Assembly: GCA_030614005.1 (NCBI GenBank) | Contig: JAUWKS010000031.1 | Location: 1 to 32,000 of the forward strand | Source: Candidatus Heimdallarchaeota archaeon | Lineage (GTDB): Archaea > Asgardarchaeota > Heimdallarchaeia > JABLTI01 | DNA: 32,000 nucleotides | Direction: 5' to 3' | Shown here: positions 9,788-18,318 of the stretch, one piece after another | How positions within the stretch are numbered: position 1 is the stretch's first letter | How the letters are laid out: each line of letters starts with the position of its first letter | Program-made: the position numbers and the translations under genes | The notes under the pieces: generated by a model | Database searches by the model: none | What the model saw: the letters and a program-made list of their open reading frames with translations, nothing else | Told to the model about the DNA's origin: nothing

Positions 9788-11248
9788 GTGAACAAAATGG
9801 ACTTTGAGGTTGTTTATAATAAGAAAAGTGCTGAGTTTGATAAAACAAAATTAGCTAAAAAATTGATAGCTATTTTTGGAGAAGCGAATGTTTCACAAAA
9901 AGAAATTGATATTCTTTCCTACAGTAAAGATTTCATATTATTATCTGCTCGGTGGACACTAGATGGCAAAGTAGCTGCCAAACCGGACTTTATAGTTTGG
10001 CCAACTTCTGCAAAACAGATCAGTGACTTGCTTATATTAGCAAATAAAGTAAAAGTGCCCATTGTTCCTTTTGGTGCTGGGAGTGGTGTTGTAGGTGGAG
10101 CGTTACCAATTTTAGGTGGCGTTATTGTTGATATGAAAAAAATGGATAAATTGTTAGAAATCAACGATCAAAACTTGACAGCAACCATCCAAACTGGTAA
10201 GAATGGAATGAATATTGAAAGAGATTTGAATAATAAAGGATATACCCTCGGGCATATCCCGCAAAGTATTTTTACTTCAACATTGGGTGGTTACCTTGCC
10301 CACAAAGCAGCAGGACAGTTTAGCACAAAATACGGAAAAATAGAAGATATGATCATTAGCTTTGAAGCAGTTCTTCCCACTGGTGAAATTATTAAATCAA
10401 AAGCTGCCCCAAGAACTTCTGTAGGACCTCAAGTAGATAAATTACTAATTGGTTCAGAAGGGACTTTAGCAATTATAACAGAAGCTACTGTAAGAATTTG
10501 GCCTCAACCTGAGAAAAGAGCATTGGTCTCTTTTGCTTTTGAAAAAATGGAAGATGCCCTGAATTCAGTCAGGGAGATTTTGCGAAAACAAGTATATCCA
10601 GCAGTAGTGCGTATTTATGATAGTGATGAAACTGAAAGACATTTTGGTAGCGAGAAAAACTACAAAGATCGATGTATGACCATTTTTGTATGCGAAGGTG
10701 ATACAGATGTTGTTGCACTCGAAGAAAAAGTCACAAAACAAATTTGCCTGAAAAACTTTGGCATTGATTGTGGGGAAGCACCTGTCGAGCATTGGTTTGA
10801 AACTCGATTCAATGTAAGTGAAATCTCAAAATACACTCCTATTGGTGTAATCGTTGATACTATTGAAGTAGCAATTATGTGGGATGGTGCTGCGAATCTC
10901 TATTATGAAACAATTAAAGCAATGAAGAAGGTACCTGGTGTTGTTACAGCAACGGGATATGTATCTCATGCTTATCCACAAGGTGTGGGATTTTATTTCT
11001 CTTTTAGTGGTGTCCCTGATAAACAAAGTCCTGAGGGTTTCTCAAAAGCAGTTTGGGATATAACTATGGAATCAACAGTAAAGTCTGGAGGTTCAATAGC
11101 ACATCACCATGGAGTAGGTGTTGTTCGATCAGCATGGATGGAAGCCGAATGGGGAAGTATTATGCCCTTATTGAAGAAAATTAAGAAAGCCTTGGATCCA
11201 AAGAATATCCTTAATCCTGGGAAATTATATGATGGACCAATTGAATAA
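9788..11248 (+). CDS. FAD-binding oxidoreductase of the VAO/GlcD family, alkyl-dihydroxyacetonephosphate synthase (ADAPS/AGPS)-like
   Basis: PFGAGSGVVGG FAD loop, GHIPQS...STLGG, KYGKIEDM, GSEGTLAIIT, SHAY, IAHHHGVG and DPKNILNPGK. Likely start is the ATG at 9797 after a GGTGA RBS. Confidence 0.85.
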   Translation: MNKMDFEVVYNKKSAEFDKTKLAKKLIAIFGEANVSQKEIDILSYSKDFILLSARWTLDGKVAAKPDFIVWPTSAKQISDLLILANKVKVPIVPFGAGSGVVGGALPILGGVIVDMKKMDKLLEINDQNLTATIQTGKNGMNIERDLNNKGYTLGHIPQSIFTSTLGGYLAHKAAGQFSTKYGKIEDMIISFEAVLPTGEIIKSKAAPRTSVGPQVDKLLIGSEGTLAIITEATVRIWPQPEKRALVSFAFEKMEDALNSVREILRKQVYPAVVRIYDSDETERHFGSEKNYKDRCMTIFVCEGDTDVVALEEKVTKQICLKNFGIDCGEAPVEHWFETRFNVSEISKYTPIGVIVDTIEVAIMWDGAANLYYETIKAMKKVPGVVTATGYVSHAYPQGVGFYFSFSGVPDKQSPEGFSKAVWDITMESTVKSGGSIAHHHGVGVVRSAWMEAEWGSIMPLLKKIKKALDPKNILNPGKLYDGPIE

Positions 11249-11260
11249 AGGTGAAAGTGG

Positions 11261-12520
11261 ATGTCTCTTATTAAAAAGCTAAAAAAGTACGGCTGGATAG
11301 TTAAAGCAATCGCCCAGACGAAATTTTCCACAAAGAGAACTATGGCAAAAGGATTAAGAAACAAGAAAAACTATTTTCCGAAAAAAAAGGTAAAAGCTGA
11401 TGTTCAAAATCTGATGAATTGTGCTCTTTGTCCAAATATGTGTCGATTCGATTGCCCGACCGTTCAAGCTTCGAAAAAAGAAACACATTCACCTGCAATG
11501 AAAGCCAAGATTGGTTATTATCTCGAGATGGACTATTTAGAAAAGGTGGATGAGAACATCATACCACTTTTTGAAGGATGTGTTCATTGTTCGGGATGCA
11601 AAATTTGGTGCCCATTTGATTTTGCTGTAGGAGATCTGCTTGATGGCGTTGCTGCAGATTTATTTGAACAAGACGTTCTGCCACAACCAATCAAAAACTT
11701 CTCTCAAAGAATTAGAGACAATAATGGATTGTATAAAAAAGAACATTACATTTCAGCAACGAAAACCCTGGAAGCATTCAAAGAAGGCGACATTTACTAT
11801 TTTCCAGGTTGTGTGACAATGGGAAATAATGCAAAAGTAATTGAGAGTATCAAAATTATTGCTGAAAAATCTTCTAGCTCAATAATTGCAAAACCAGAAG
11901 AACGATGGTGTTGTGGCGCACCTTCAATATATGCTGGGGATGTTGATAAAGCAAAAGAATTAGCTTCACATAATTCTGAACATATTAAGTCATTAGATAT
12001 AAAAGCTATCATTTGTGAATGTCCAGAATGTACTCATATGTTGAAAGAACAATATCCTCAACTGGGTTTTGATCTAAAAATTCCTGTTTATCATGTTGCT
12101 GAATGGGTGAATATTCTACTTAAGGAGAAAAAAATAGCACTTAAGAATGGCGAAGAATTGGTGGACTATAAAGATAGTTTACCAATTAGCTTCCATGATC
12201 CCTGTGTTTTAGCAAGAAAATTGGATGTAGCTGAACAACCAACAGAAATCATGAAGCTTATGTTTCCAGAGAAATTCAAAGAGAATGCTTATTCAAAAGA
12301 AAACACTCATTGTTGTGGATTTGGTGGTCTGGTGAATATCGTTAATCCTGATTTAGCTCTGAAAATGGCAAAAAACCGTTTGGACGAGTTCTCGCAAGAT
12401 AATATTAAAACAATTGTGACTAGCTGCCCAACTTGTTGGTATAGTTTTATGAAAGCAAATGAGAATTTTGAGTTCGAAATTCGCGATTTACTTGAAATAA
12501 TTGCAGAATTAATAGAATAA
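11261..12520 (+). CDS. (Fe-S)-binding protein, GlpC/GlcF/HdrD-like (4Fe-4S dicluster + two CCG domains)
   Basis: CALCPNMCRFDCP and CVHCSGCKIWCP; YFPGC, WCCG, CPEC; FHDPC, HCCG, SCPTC. Lies 12 bp after the upstream stop, so probably co-transcribed. Confidence 0.9.
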   Translation: MSLIKKLKKYGWIVKAIAQTKFSTKRTMAKGLRNKKNYFPKKKVKADVQNLMNCALCPNMCRFDCPTVQASKKETHSPAMKAKIGYYLEMDYLEKVDENIIPLFEGCVHCSGCKIWCPFDFAVGDLLDGVAADLFEQDVLPQPIKNFSQRIRDNNGLYKKEHYISATKTLEAFKEGDIYYFPGCVTMGNNAKVIESIKIIAEKSSSSIIAKPEERWCCGAPSIYAGDVDKAKELASHNSEHIKSLDIKAIICECPECTHMLKEQYPQLGFDLKIPVYHVAEWVNILLKEKKIALKNGEELVDYKDSLPISFHDPCVLARKLDVAEQPTEIMKLMFPEKFKENAYSKENTHCCGFGGLVNIVNPDLALKMAKNRLDEFSQDNIKTIVTSCPTCWYSFMKANENFEFEIRDLLEIIAELIE

Positions 12521-12548
12521 AAAAAAAAATAAGATTGAGTAAAACCAC

Positions 12549-13628
12549 TTAATCTTTGTTTTTAATAAAATGATCTTCCCATCTACGTAGGAGTAACACT
12601 TTCTTGTTTTCATAGTCAATAAAATTATTTTCTTCAAGCCATTTAACGGAATCTTTGACAACCTGCTTGCTATCAGTGTATTTTGGTTTCCAGTTCAATT
12701 CATTTTGTAATTTTGTTGTGTCAACTACACGAGTGTTTCCATAACGCATTACGCGATGTCTGGTCAAAGTTGCTTTTCCTTTCCCTTTAATTTTTGCTGA
12801 TACTTCTTTTGTCCATGCATAGAACATCGCAAACCATTTGGGAAAGGTAGGAATTTTGACATCAGAGTAACCAATTGCATTCATATGAGTAATCCAATAA
12901 TCCTTCTGTGAAATATCGAAGCTTTTCACATTATATACGCTACCATTACCTTCTTTCTTTATACCCATAGTAATTATTGCACGGGCTGCATCTCTCACCT
13001 GAACACTTGAGAAAAGATTCTTGCCATTTCCAATGAATTTTACTTTTCCATCAAAAAATGCTTGAATAACTCTAGGAGTAGTCAGCGTATCTCCAGGCCC
13101 GAGTATCATTGGAAGTCTAGCAACTGCAACCGGAACATTGTGTTGTTGATGATATTTCCAAACAATTTCTTCTGCATCTACTTTTGATTTATGATAATCT
13201 GTTGTAGGGTTGAATGGTTGATCTTCAGTCATTGGTTTAGCTTTTACCTTGTATCCATAGACACCCCATGTGCTCACAAATACGAACTTCTTAGCTTCTT
13301 TTTCCTTAGAAAAAGCATCAAGAAGTGCTTCTGTACCGAGAACGTTTACTTCGTGCAATAATTCAGGTGGAGATTGATCAAGGACAACAGCTCCTAAATG
13401 AAAAATAACTGATTTATTTTTTACTGCTTTCTTCAGAGTGTCGGGTTTTTTGAGGTCACCAATAATAAATTGAACACCTAATTTTTTCAGCTGATCAATA
13501 TTACTTTCTTCTCGAACAAGAACAAAAATATCTTTTTTATCTATACCCCATTCTTTTTGATTTTGAATTAATTCTTCTACTAAATTTCCTCCAACATACC
13601 CTGTTCCACCTGTGATTAATATTGCCAT
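12549..13628 (-). CDS. Extended SDR, NAD-dependent epimerase/dehydratase (3-beta-HSD-like)
   Basis: ITGGTGYVG Rossmann motif, FVST, YHKSK (YxxxK), ILGPGD. Confidence 0.88.
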   Translation of the reverse strand: MAILITGGTGYVGGNLVEELIQNQKEWGIDKKDIFVLVREESNIDQLKKLGVQFIIGDLKKPDTLKKAVKNKSVIFHLGAVVLDQSPPELLHEVNVLGTEALLDAFSKEKEAKKFVFVSTWGVYGYKVKAKPMTEDQPFNPTTDYHKSKVDAEEIVWKYHQQHNVPVAVARLPMILGPGDTLTTPRVIQAFFDGKVKFIGNGKNLFSSVQVRDAARAIITMGIKKEGNGSVYNVKSFDISQKDYWITHMNAIGYSDVKIPTFPKWFAMFYAWTKEVSAKIKGKGKATLTRHRVMRYGNTRVVDTTKLQNELNWKPKYTDSKQVVKDSVKWLEENNFIDYENKKVLLLRRWEDHFIKNKD

Positions 13629-13893
13629 TTTAGAATTATCTCCAGTTTTTTTAAAATCTTTAGAATTATCTTATTTACATTCCTTTTAAAAATTTCCAGA
13701 AATGGACTGTTTTTCAGTCGACTTTTTTACTCCCAGACCAAAAACTGTTAATAGTAGGGAAACGTACTGCAAAGAAGATACAAAACAATCGATAGATTGA
13801 TTGAAGAGATTATATTTGACGAAACTTTGTTTAATGATAATCTTGAAATAGGACTAATAGATATTAGTATATATATTCGGAGGAAAAAAAAAA

Positions 13894-14634
13894 TTGGCAC
13901 AAGAAAATATAGCACCCGCAAGATTTGGTTTACCTATTTTAGATGCCGCATTCGGTGGCGGAATTCCTCGAGGATCCGTTATTCTGGTTGAAGACGAAAT
14001 TGGTGTTGAGTCTGATTTAATTACACTCAATTTTCTCACAGAAGGGTTACGTGGAGGAGAAACTGGTTGGGTAATGAGCACTGAACACCCATTCAAATAC
14101 TATGCCGATAATTTACGATCGCTGGGTGTGAATGCAGACATTCTTCTTGAAACTGAAAGAATGGTGTATATTGATGCCTTCTCAAATCCTTATGGTTATT
14201 CTGATATGCGTTCTCAATTCAAGAATGTCGTTAATAATCTTATTCAACCACGAGCCATTAGTGAAGCAATTCGTAGAGCAATGTTGCACACTCAAACTCA
14301 AAAAATACAATGTAGAGGTGTTGTTGATAGTTTATCTGCAGTTTTACTCGCAAGTGAAACATTGCGACCTGCTCTATCATTTGTTCAAAATCGAATTGCA
14401 AGTAACAAAAAAGATGGAACTGTTACGTTGATGTCTTTGCACAGAGACATTCACCAAGAGCATGATGTAAGGGCACTTGAACATTTAGTAGATGGAGTAC
14501 TCCGAGTGACAGTTGGAGATGATGCATTTAGTACTGTTAAAATCATTAAACTACGTGGTTCTTATACCTTCAGCAAAAAACCAATGGCAATGACCGTTTC
14601 TGCTGGACAATTATCCATTATGGAATATCAATAA
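13894..14634 (+). CDS. RAD55/KaiC-like RecA-superfamily ATPase domain with degenerate Walker A
   Basis: FGLPILDAAFGGGIPRGSVILV, STE, VVDSLS and EHLVDGVL motifs. The Walker A position reads EDEIGVESD, with no GKT/S. GGAGG RBS precedes the TTG. Confidence 0.8.
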   Translation: MAQENIAPARFGLPILDAAFGGGIPRGSVILVEDEIGVESDLITLNFLTEGLRGGETGWVMSTEHPFKYYADNLRSLGVNADILLETERMVYIDAFSNPYGYSDMRSQFKNVVNNLIQPRAISEAIRRAMLHTQTQKIQCRGVVDSLSAVLLASETLRPALSFVQNRIASNKKDGTVTLMSLHRDIHQEHDVRALEHLVDGVLRVTVGDDAFSTVKIIKLRGSYTFSKKPMAMTVSAGQLSIMEYQ

Positions 14635-14639
14635 TTAGC

Positions 14640-14666
14640 AAGGGATTTTTCCCTTCTTTTTCTTTT
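14640..14666 (+). terminator. Hairpin + T-rich tract after the KaiC-like gene
   Basis: AAGGGA-TTTT-TCCCTT followed by CTTTTTCTTTT. Confidence 0.55.
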
Positions 14667-14763
14667 GTAAAAATTAGCTGTCTTACATTTTTAAGACTAA
14701 ATTGAACTTTACCTTTTTATTTTATAAAGACAAACAGAAATTAATAGATAAGGATGGAAAGCA

Positions 14764-15630
14764 ATGACTAATTTAATCGCTGAAATTAGAGACTCACTAA
14801 GAGAAGCTGGTATTAGCCCAAGAAAGATTTTGAGTCAAAATTTTTTAGTAAATAGTCACATCCTTGAGAGACAGATAGAATATGCCGCAGTTTCTAAAGA
14901 CGATGCTGTGCTTGAAATCGGAGGAGGAACAGGTGTCCTTACTGAGAGATTAGCAAGAAAAGCTGCTCATGTATATTGCATAGAATATGATAAAATGCTT
15001 GCAAGTTATCTTCGTAAGAAGTTTAAATCATTTGAAAATGTAACAATAATTGAAGGAGATGCGTTGAAATTAGATTTACCGAAAGTAAATAAAATTGTGG
15101 CTAATCTTCCTTATCATATCTCTTCTCCAATAACTTTCAAATTACTCGAGATGAAATTCGAAGTTGCTATTTTAATGTATCAGCTTGAGTTTGCAAAAAG
15201 AATGATCGCTCTCCCTAAAACCGATGATTATTCTAGACTATCAGCAAATTTACAATATCAAGCAGAAGTTAAAATTGTAGAAAAAATATCTAAAGGGAAT
15301 TTTTATCCACCTCCTAAAGTTGACAGTGCTATAGTGGAAATTAAACTTAGAGTTGAAGAGCTCCCTGTTGATCCAAAATCATATGGAATTGTCACAAGAA
15401 TTCTGTTTAATACTAAGAACAAGCTAGTTGCAACAGTTTTTTACGCTTATTTCAAGAAATCTCTCGAGAAGGATAGCCGAATTAATTTCAAGAAGAAAAT
15501 GGATGCTGCTCTATCCTTAGCAAAAACGAGAGTACGAGAACTAAGTATCGAAGATTTAGTTGTGATTACAAATGAGTTAAGAGTCTTCTTAAAAGAGACA
15601 AATAATCAACACCTCTTGCCTGAAAAATAA
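14764..15630 (+). CDS. rsmA: 16S rRNA (adenine-N6,N6)-dimethyltransferase RsmA/KsgA/Dim1
   Basis: LSQNFL, VLEIGGGTGVLT, IEYD, GDAL, VANLPYHISSPI, FYPPPKVDSA. Confidence 0.95.
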   Translation: MTNLIAEIRDSLREAGISPRKILSQNFLVNSHILERQIEYAAVSKDDAVLEIGGGTGVLTERLARKAAHVYCIEYDKMLASYLRKKFKSFENVTIIEGDALKLDLPKVNKIVANLPYHISSPITFKLLEMKFEVAILMYQLEFAKRMIALPKTDDYSRLSANLQYQAEVKIVEKISKGNFYPPPKVDSAIVEIKLRVEELPVDPKSYGIVTRILFNTKNKLVATVFYAYFKKSLEKDSRINFKKKMDAALSLAKTRVRELSIEDLVVITNELRVFLKETNNQHLLPEK

Positions 15631-15654
15631 TCAATTAAATGTTGGTGCATATCT

Positions 15655-16260
15655 ATGAAGAAATCAGTAGATGGGTTGGATTTAGTCATTCCGGATAATG
15701 TCTATGATCCTGCTGAAGATTCTTTTCTGTTAGCTGAGAATGTAGTTATTCAATCAAATCAGAAAATCTTAGAAGTAGGTTCGGGTTCTGGGTATGTTTC
15801 TCTCTATTTAGCACAAAAATTCCCATTAGCAGAATATTTTTGTTTGGATGTAAATTTTTCCGCAGCAATTACCACTCATCAGAATGCTATAAGGAATGAA
15901 ATGAATTTACATGTTTACTCGTCAAATTTATTCACTGCAACAATATCCCAAAATAATTTCAAACAGTTTTTTGATATAGTGTTATTCAACTCACCTTACC
16001 TCCCGTATGCAGATAAAGGCGTGCTAGAAAAAGCTTGGTCAGGAGGAAGAGATGGCCTGGAGGTTATTATTCCATTTATTGAGAATCTTTCAATGGTTCT
16101 GAAATCGGCTGGAGTAGTTTATTTAGTTGTCTCTTCGAAAACGAATCTTTCTAAATTGATTGAACTATTTAATTCAAATCACTTTCTCTACAAAATGCTT
16201 GATAAAGTATCTGAAGGAAAAGAGGAGATTATTCTCTATAAATTAGTAAGAAAATTATAA
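15655..16260 (+). CDS. HemK2/MTQ2 (archaeal PrmC-like) SAM-dependent methyltransferase
   Basis: VYDPAEDSFLL N-terminus, LEVGSGSG, FNSPY (NPPY variant), AWSGGRDG. Confidence 0.85.
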   Translation: MKKSVDGLDLVIPDNVYDPAEDSFLLAENVVIQSNQKILEVGSGSGYVSLYLAQKFPLAEYFCLDVNFSAAITTHQNAIRNEMNLHVYSSNLFTATISQNNFKQFFDIVLFNSPYLPYADKGVLEKAWSGGRDGLEVIIPFIENLSMVLKSAGVVYLVVSSKTNLSKLIELFNSNHFLYKMLDKVSEGKEEIILYKLVRKL

Positions 16261-16363
16261 CAATTCTTTATTGTTGACTCATTTTTTTCTTAATAATCCA
16301 ATTAATTTAATTAATGAGGTTGTCAATAACTACTATTGTTGATGTATAAAGGAGTAAAAGGAC

Positions 16364-17332
16364 TTGGCAAATAAAAAGGAAAAAGATTACGTCGCTTGGT
16401 ACATTCTTGCACTATTTGATTTTGGTTTACCTATCTCTAACCTCTCATCAAGACAACAAGATGAATTGTGGATAAAAATACTAAAATCATTCAAGAAAAT
16501 GATACCACATCCTGATTTCTTTCTAAAAGGTACCATTAAGGAAATCGATATGCCAAGTTTCGATGAATCATTTAAACTTGCAACAGTAGATCCCTACACT
16601 TCATATGTGGATATAATTAGATCACCCCTTATCGGTTTTTATAATCAAAGATTGATAATTCGGTTGACATTGGGGTTAGAAGAATTTTTTGACATTAAAG
16701 AACATAGAGATGATATTCTTCGTGATTTAAAATTTGTTTTTGAAGACTTGAAAGGAGTCAAAGTTTCTGCAGAAGACCCTGATGGCGTTGGGGAAAAACC
16801 TTGGGAAATAAAAGATATCTTTTATTATCCATTGATAATCGTAAAAAATGGTGCGGATTTCATTAAAGAAGAGTACAAATATTCTAGGCTACACAATGTC
16901 GATCCGATATTTTCAATTCCTAGTACTGCTTTAACTTATACTTTGCCCGAAAGAGGTAAATGGTTTAGTTTATTTAGTTTTAAAGAACATTTTATTCGAG
17001 TTAGCGTTAGAAGTGTTATGGTCTTCTGTGACGGTTGGATTCCACACGAGTTTAAACAGACGCTAATCAATGCAATTTATCAAGGTGGAATTTATGAACA
17101 AATGCGTCGTTTACGAAGTGACTCTAAACCAGTAACAAGACAACGAATGCGTGCAATAGATGATGATATTCTTTTGAAACTAGCTGACGTAATTAAAGAC
17201 ATGTTGAAAACTAATATTGATTCTGCACGGATAGCAGAAAAACAGCGCTTCATTAGTTTCTTCATTGCTTCTCTATCATTTCTAATTTCAGTTATTGCCT
17301 TTATAATTAGCATTCTAACAATCCTTCTCTAA
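16364..17332 (+). CDS. Hypothetical protein with a single C-terminal hydrophobic helix (tail-anchored)
   Basis: 322-aa ORF, GGAG/AGGA RBS before the TTG, terminal 26-residue hydrophobic stretch; no family recognised. Confidence 0.7.
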   Translation: MANKKEKDYVAWYILALFDFGLPISNLSSRQQDELWIKILKSFKKMIPHPDFFLKGTIKEIDMPSFDESFKLATVDPYTSYVDIIRSPLIGFYNQRLIIRLTLGLEEFFDIKEHRDDILRDLKFVFEDLKGVKVSAEDPDGVGEKPWEIKDIFYYPLIIVKNGADFIKEEYKYSRLHNVDPIFSIPSTALTYTLPERGKWFSLFSFKEHFIRVSVRSVMVFCDGWIPHEFKQTLINAIYQGGIYEQMRRLRSDSKPVTRQRMRAIDDDILLKLADVIKDMLKTNIDSARIAEKQRFISFFIASLSFLISVIAFIISILTILL

Positions 17333-17356
17333 GAATTTAAGGATGGCAAACCGAGC

Positions 17357-18148
17357 CTATTCTTTCCCTATAAGCAAATTTTGTATGATATAATGCGCTT
17401 TGCTTGTATCTCCTCTAGGAATGAGATAGAAATTAACTGTGCTCCCCTTTGCCTCTTCCATTTTTCTATCGGATTCAGAATCTCCAAAAGCATACCATTT
17501 CTTGACTTCCTTTTCAGGGTCTAACTTTTTAATCGCTGTTTCTGCTCCTTTTTTCTTGCTAGCAGAAATGGGTAAAATATCTGCAGCATAAGGATTCGCT
17601 TCTAATCTCAATAGATCACTATAATCTTCAATAATTGGTTCAATTAATTCCTGATAAACTTCAATAGTCAAACCGAATGTAGGCATTGTTCTAAAAGTTA
17701 ACATTATTTCCTTTGGTTCAATCCATAGTGCTCTTTTTTGTGGAGCTTGATAGCTAACAATCGTTTCTAAATCTCTATCAAAACAAATTTCATCAATTAT
17801 TTTCTTCTTAACTTCCGCAAGAGCATTTTTGGTATCTGGATTTATTCTTCCCTTCCTCTTTTTACCCTTGTGCCATACAACAAGACCAAATTCACCGAAA
17901 ATTTGTATGTGATCCTTCAAAGATTCATTAATATGTTCAAAGAATATTTGTCTCACCCAAATGACACTTCTCCCTGTAACTAACCCTATTGGATGTTTTC
18001 TCTTTCTAATTGCTTCTAGATCATTAATGATGAGAAGATCAACGATTGAATCGTTTCCCCGATAGTAGGTCAATGTACCATCTACATCGAAGAGAAATCC
18101 AATTTTTGGTATATTCATCAAGAGAGTGTAACTCCAATTAATACTCAC
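17357..18148 (-). CDS. HAD-superfamily hydrolase (type IIB/Cof-like)
   Basis: FDVDGTL motif I, VTGRS motif II, SKK, FGDSESD motif IV. Possible true start is the ATG at 18118. Confidence 0.85.
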   Translation of the reverse strand: MSINWSYTLLMNIPKIGFLFDVDGTLTYYRGNDSIVDLLIINDLEAIRKRKHPIGLVTGRSVIWVRQIFFEHINESLKDHIQIFGEFGLVVWHKGKKRKGRINPDTKNALAEVKKKIIDEICFDRDLETIVSYQAPQKRALWIEPKEIMLTFRTMPTFGLTIEVYQELIEPIIEDYSDLLRLEANPYAADILPISASKKKGAETAIKKLDPEKEVKKWYAFGDSESDRKMEEAKGSTVNFYLIPRGDTSKAHYIIQNLLIGKE

Positions 18149-18318
18149 AATTGATTGTTATAAAGATTATTTCGAACAAGCAATAATAAAATCACTTTTT
18201 TATAATTAGTTATTCTACTGACATGTTTATTAATCAGCAAAAATTCTGTGCTTACATAAGATTTTGTCGAAGGTTTTACGAATTGATTAGAGATGATTTA
18301 ATTATTGAAGAAGATTTA

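Noticed and set aside
9788-13628. Complete eukaryote-like ether-lipid cluster with the SDR as fatty acyl-CoA reductase
   Set aside because: The SDR is convergent rather than co-transcribed, is 359 aa with no evident FAR C-terminal domain, and no DHAP acyltransferase is in the window.
13797-13991. 64-aa ORF with an A10 run (13884-13893) as a programmed frameshift into the KaiC-like gene
   Set aside because: A GGAGG RBS directly precedes the TTG at 13894 and the KaiC-like domain is complete from there; the upstream peptide has no recognisable features.
18223-18318. N-terminal extension of the MFS ORF
   Set aside because: The 32 codons are atypical and lie close to the divergent promoter region; the ATG at 18319 gives a normal MFS N-terminus.
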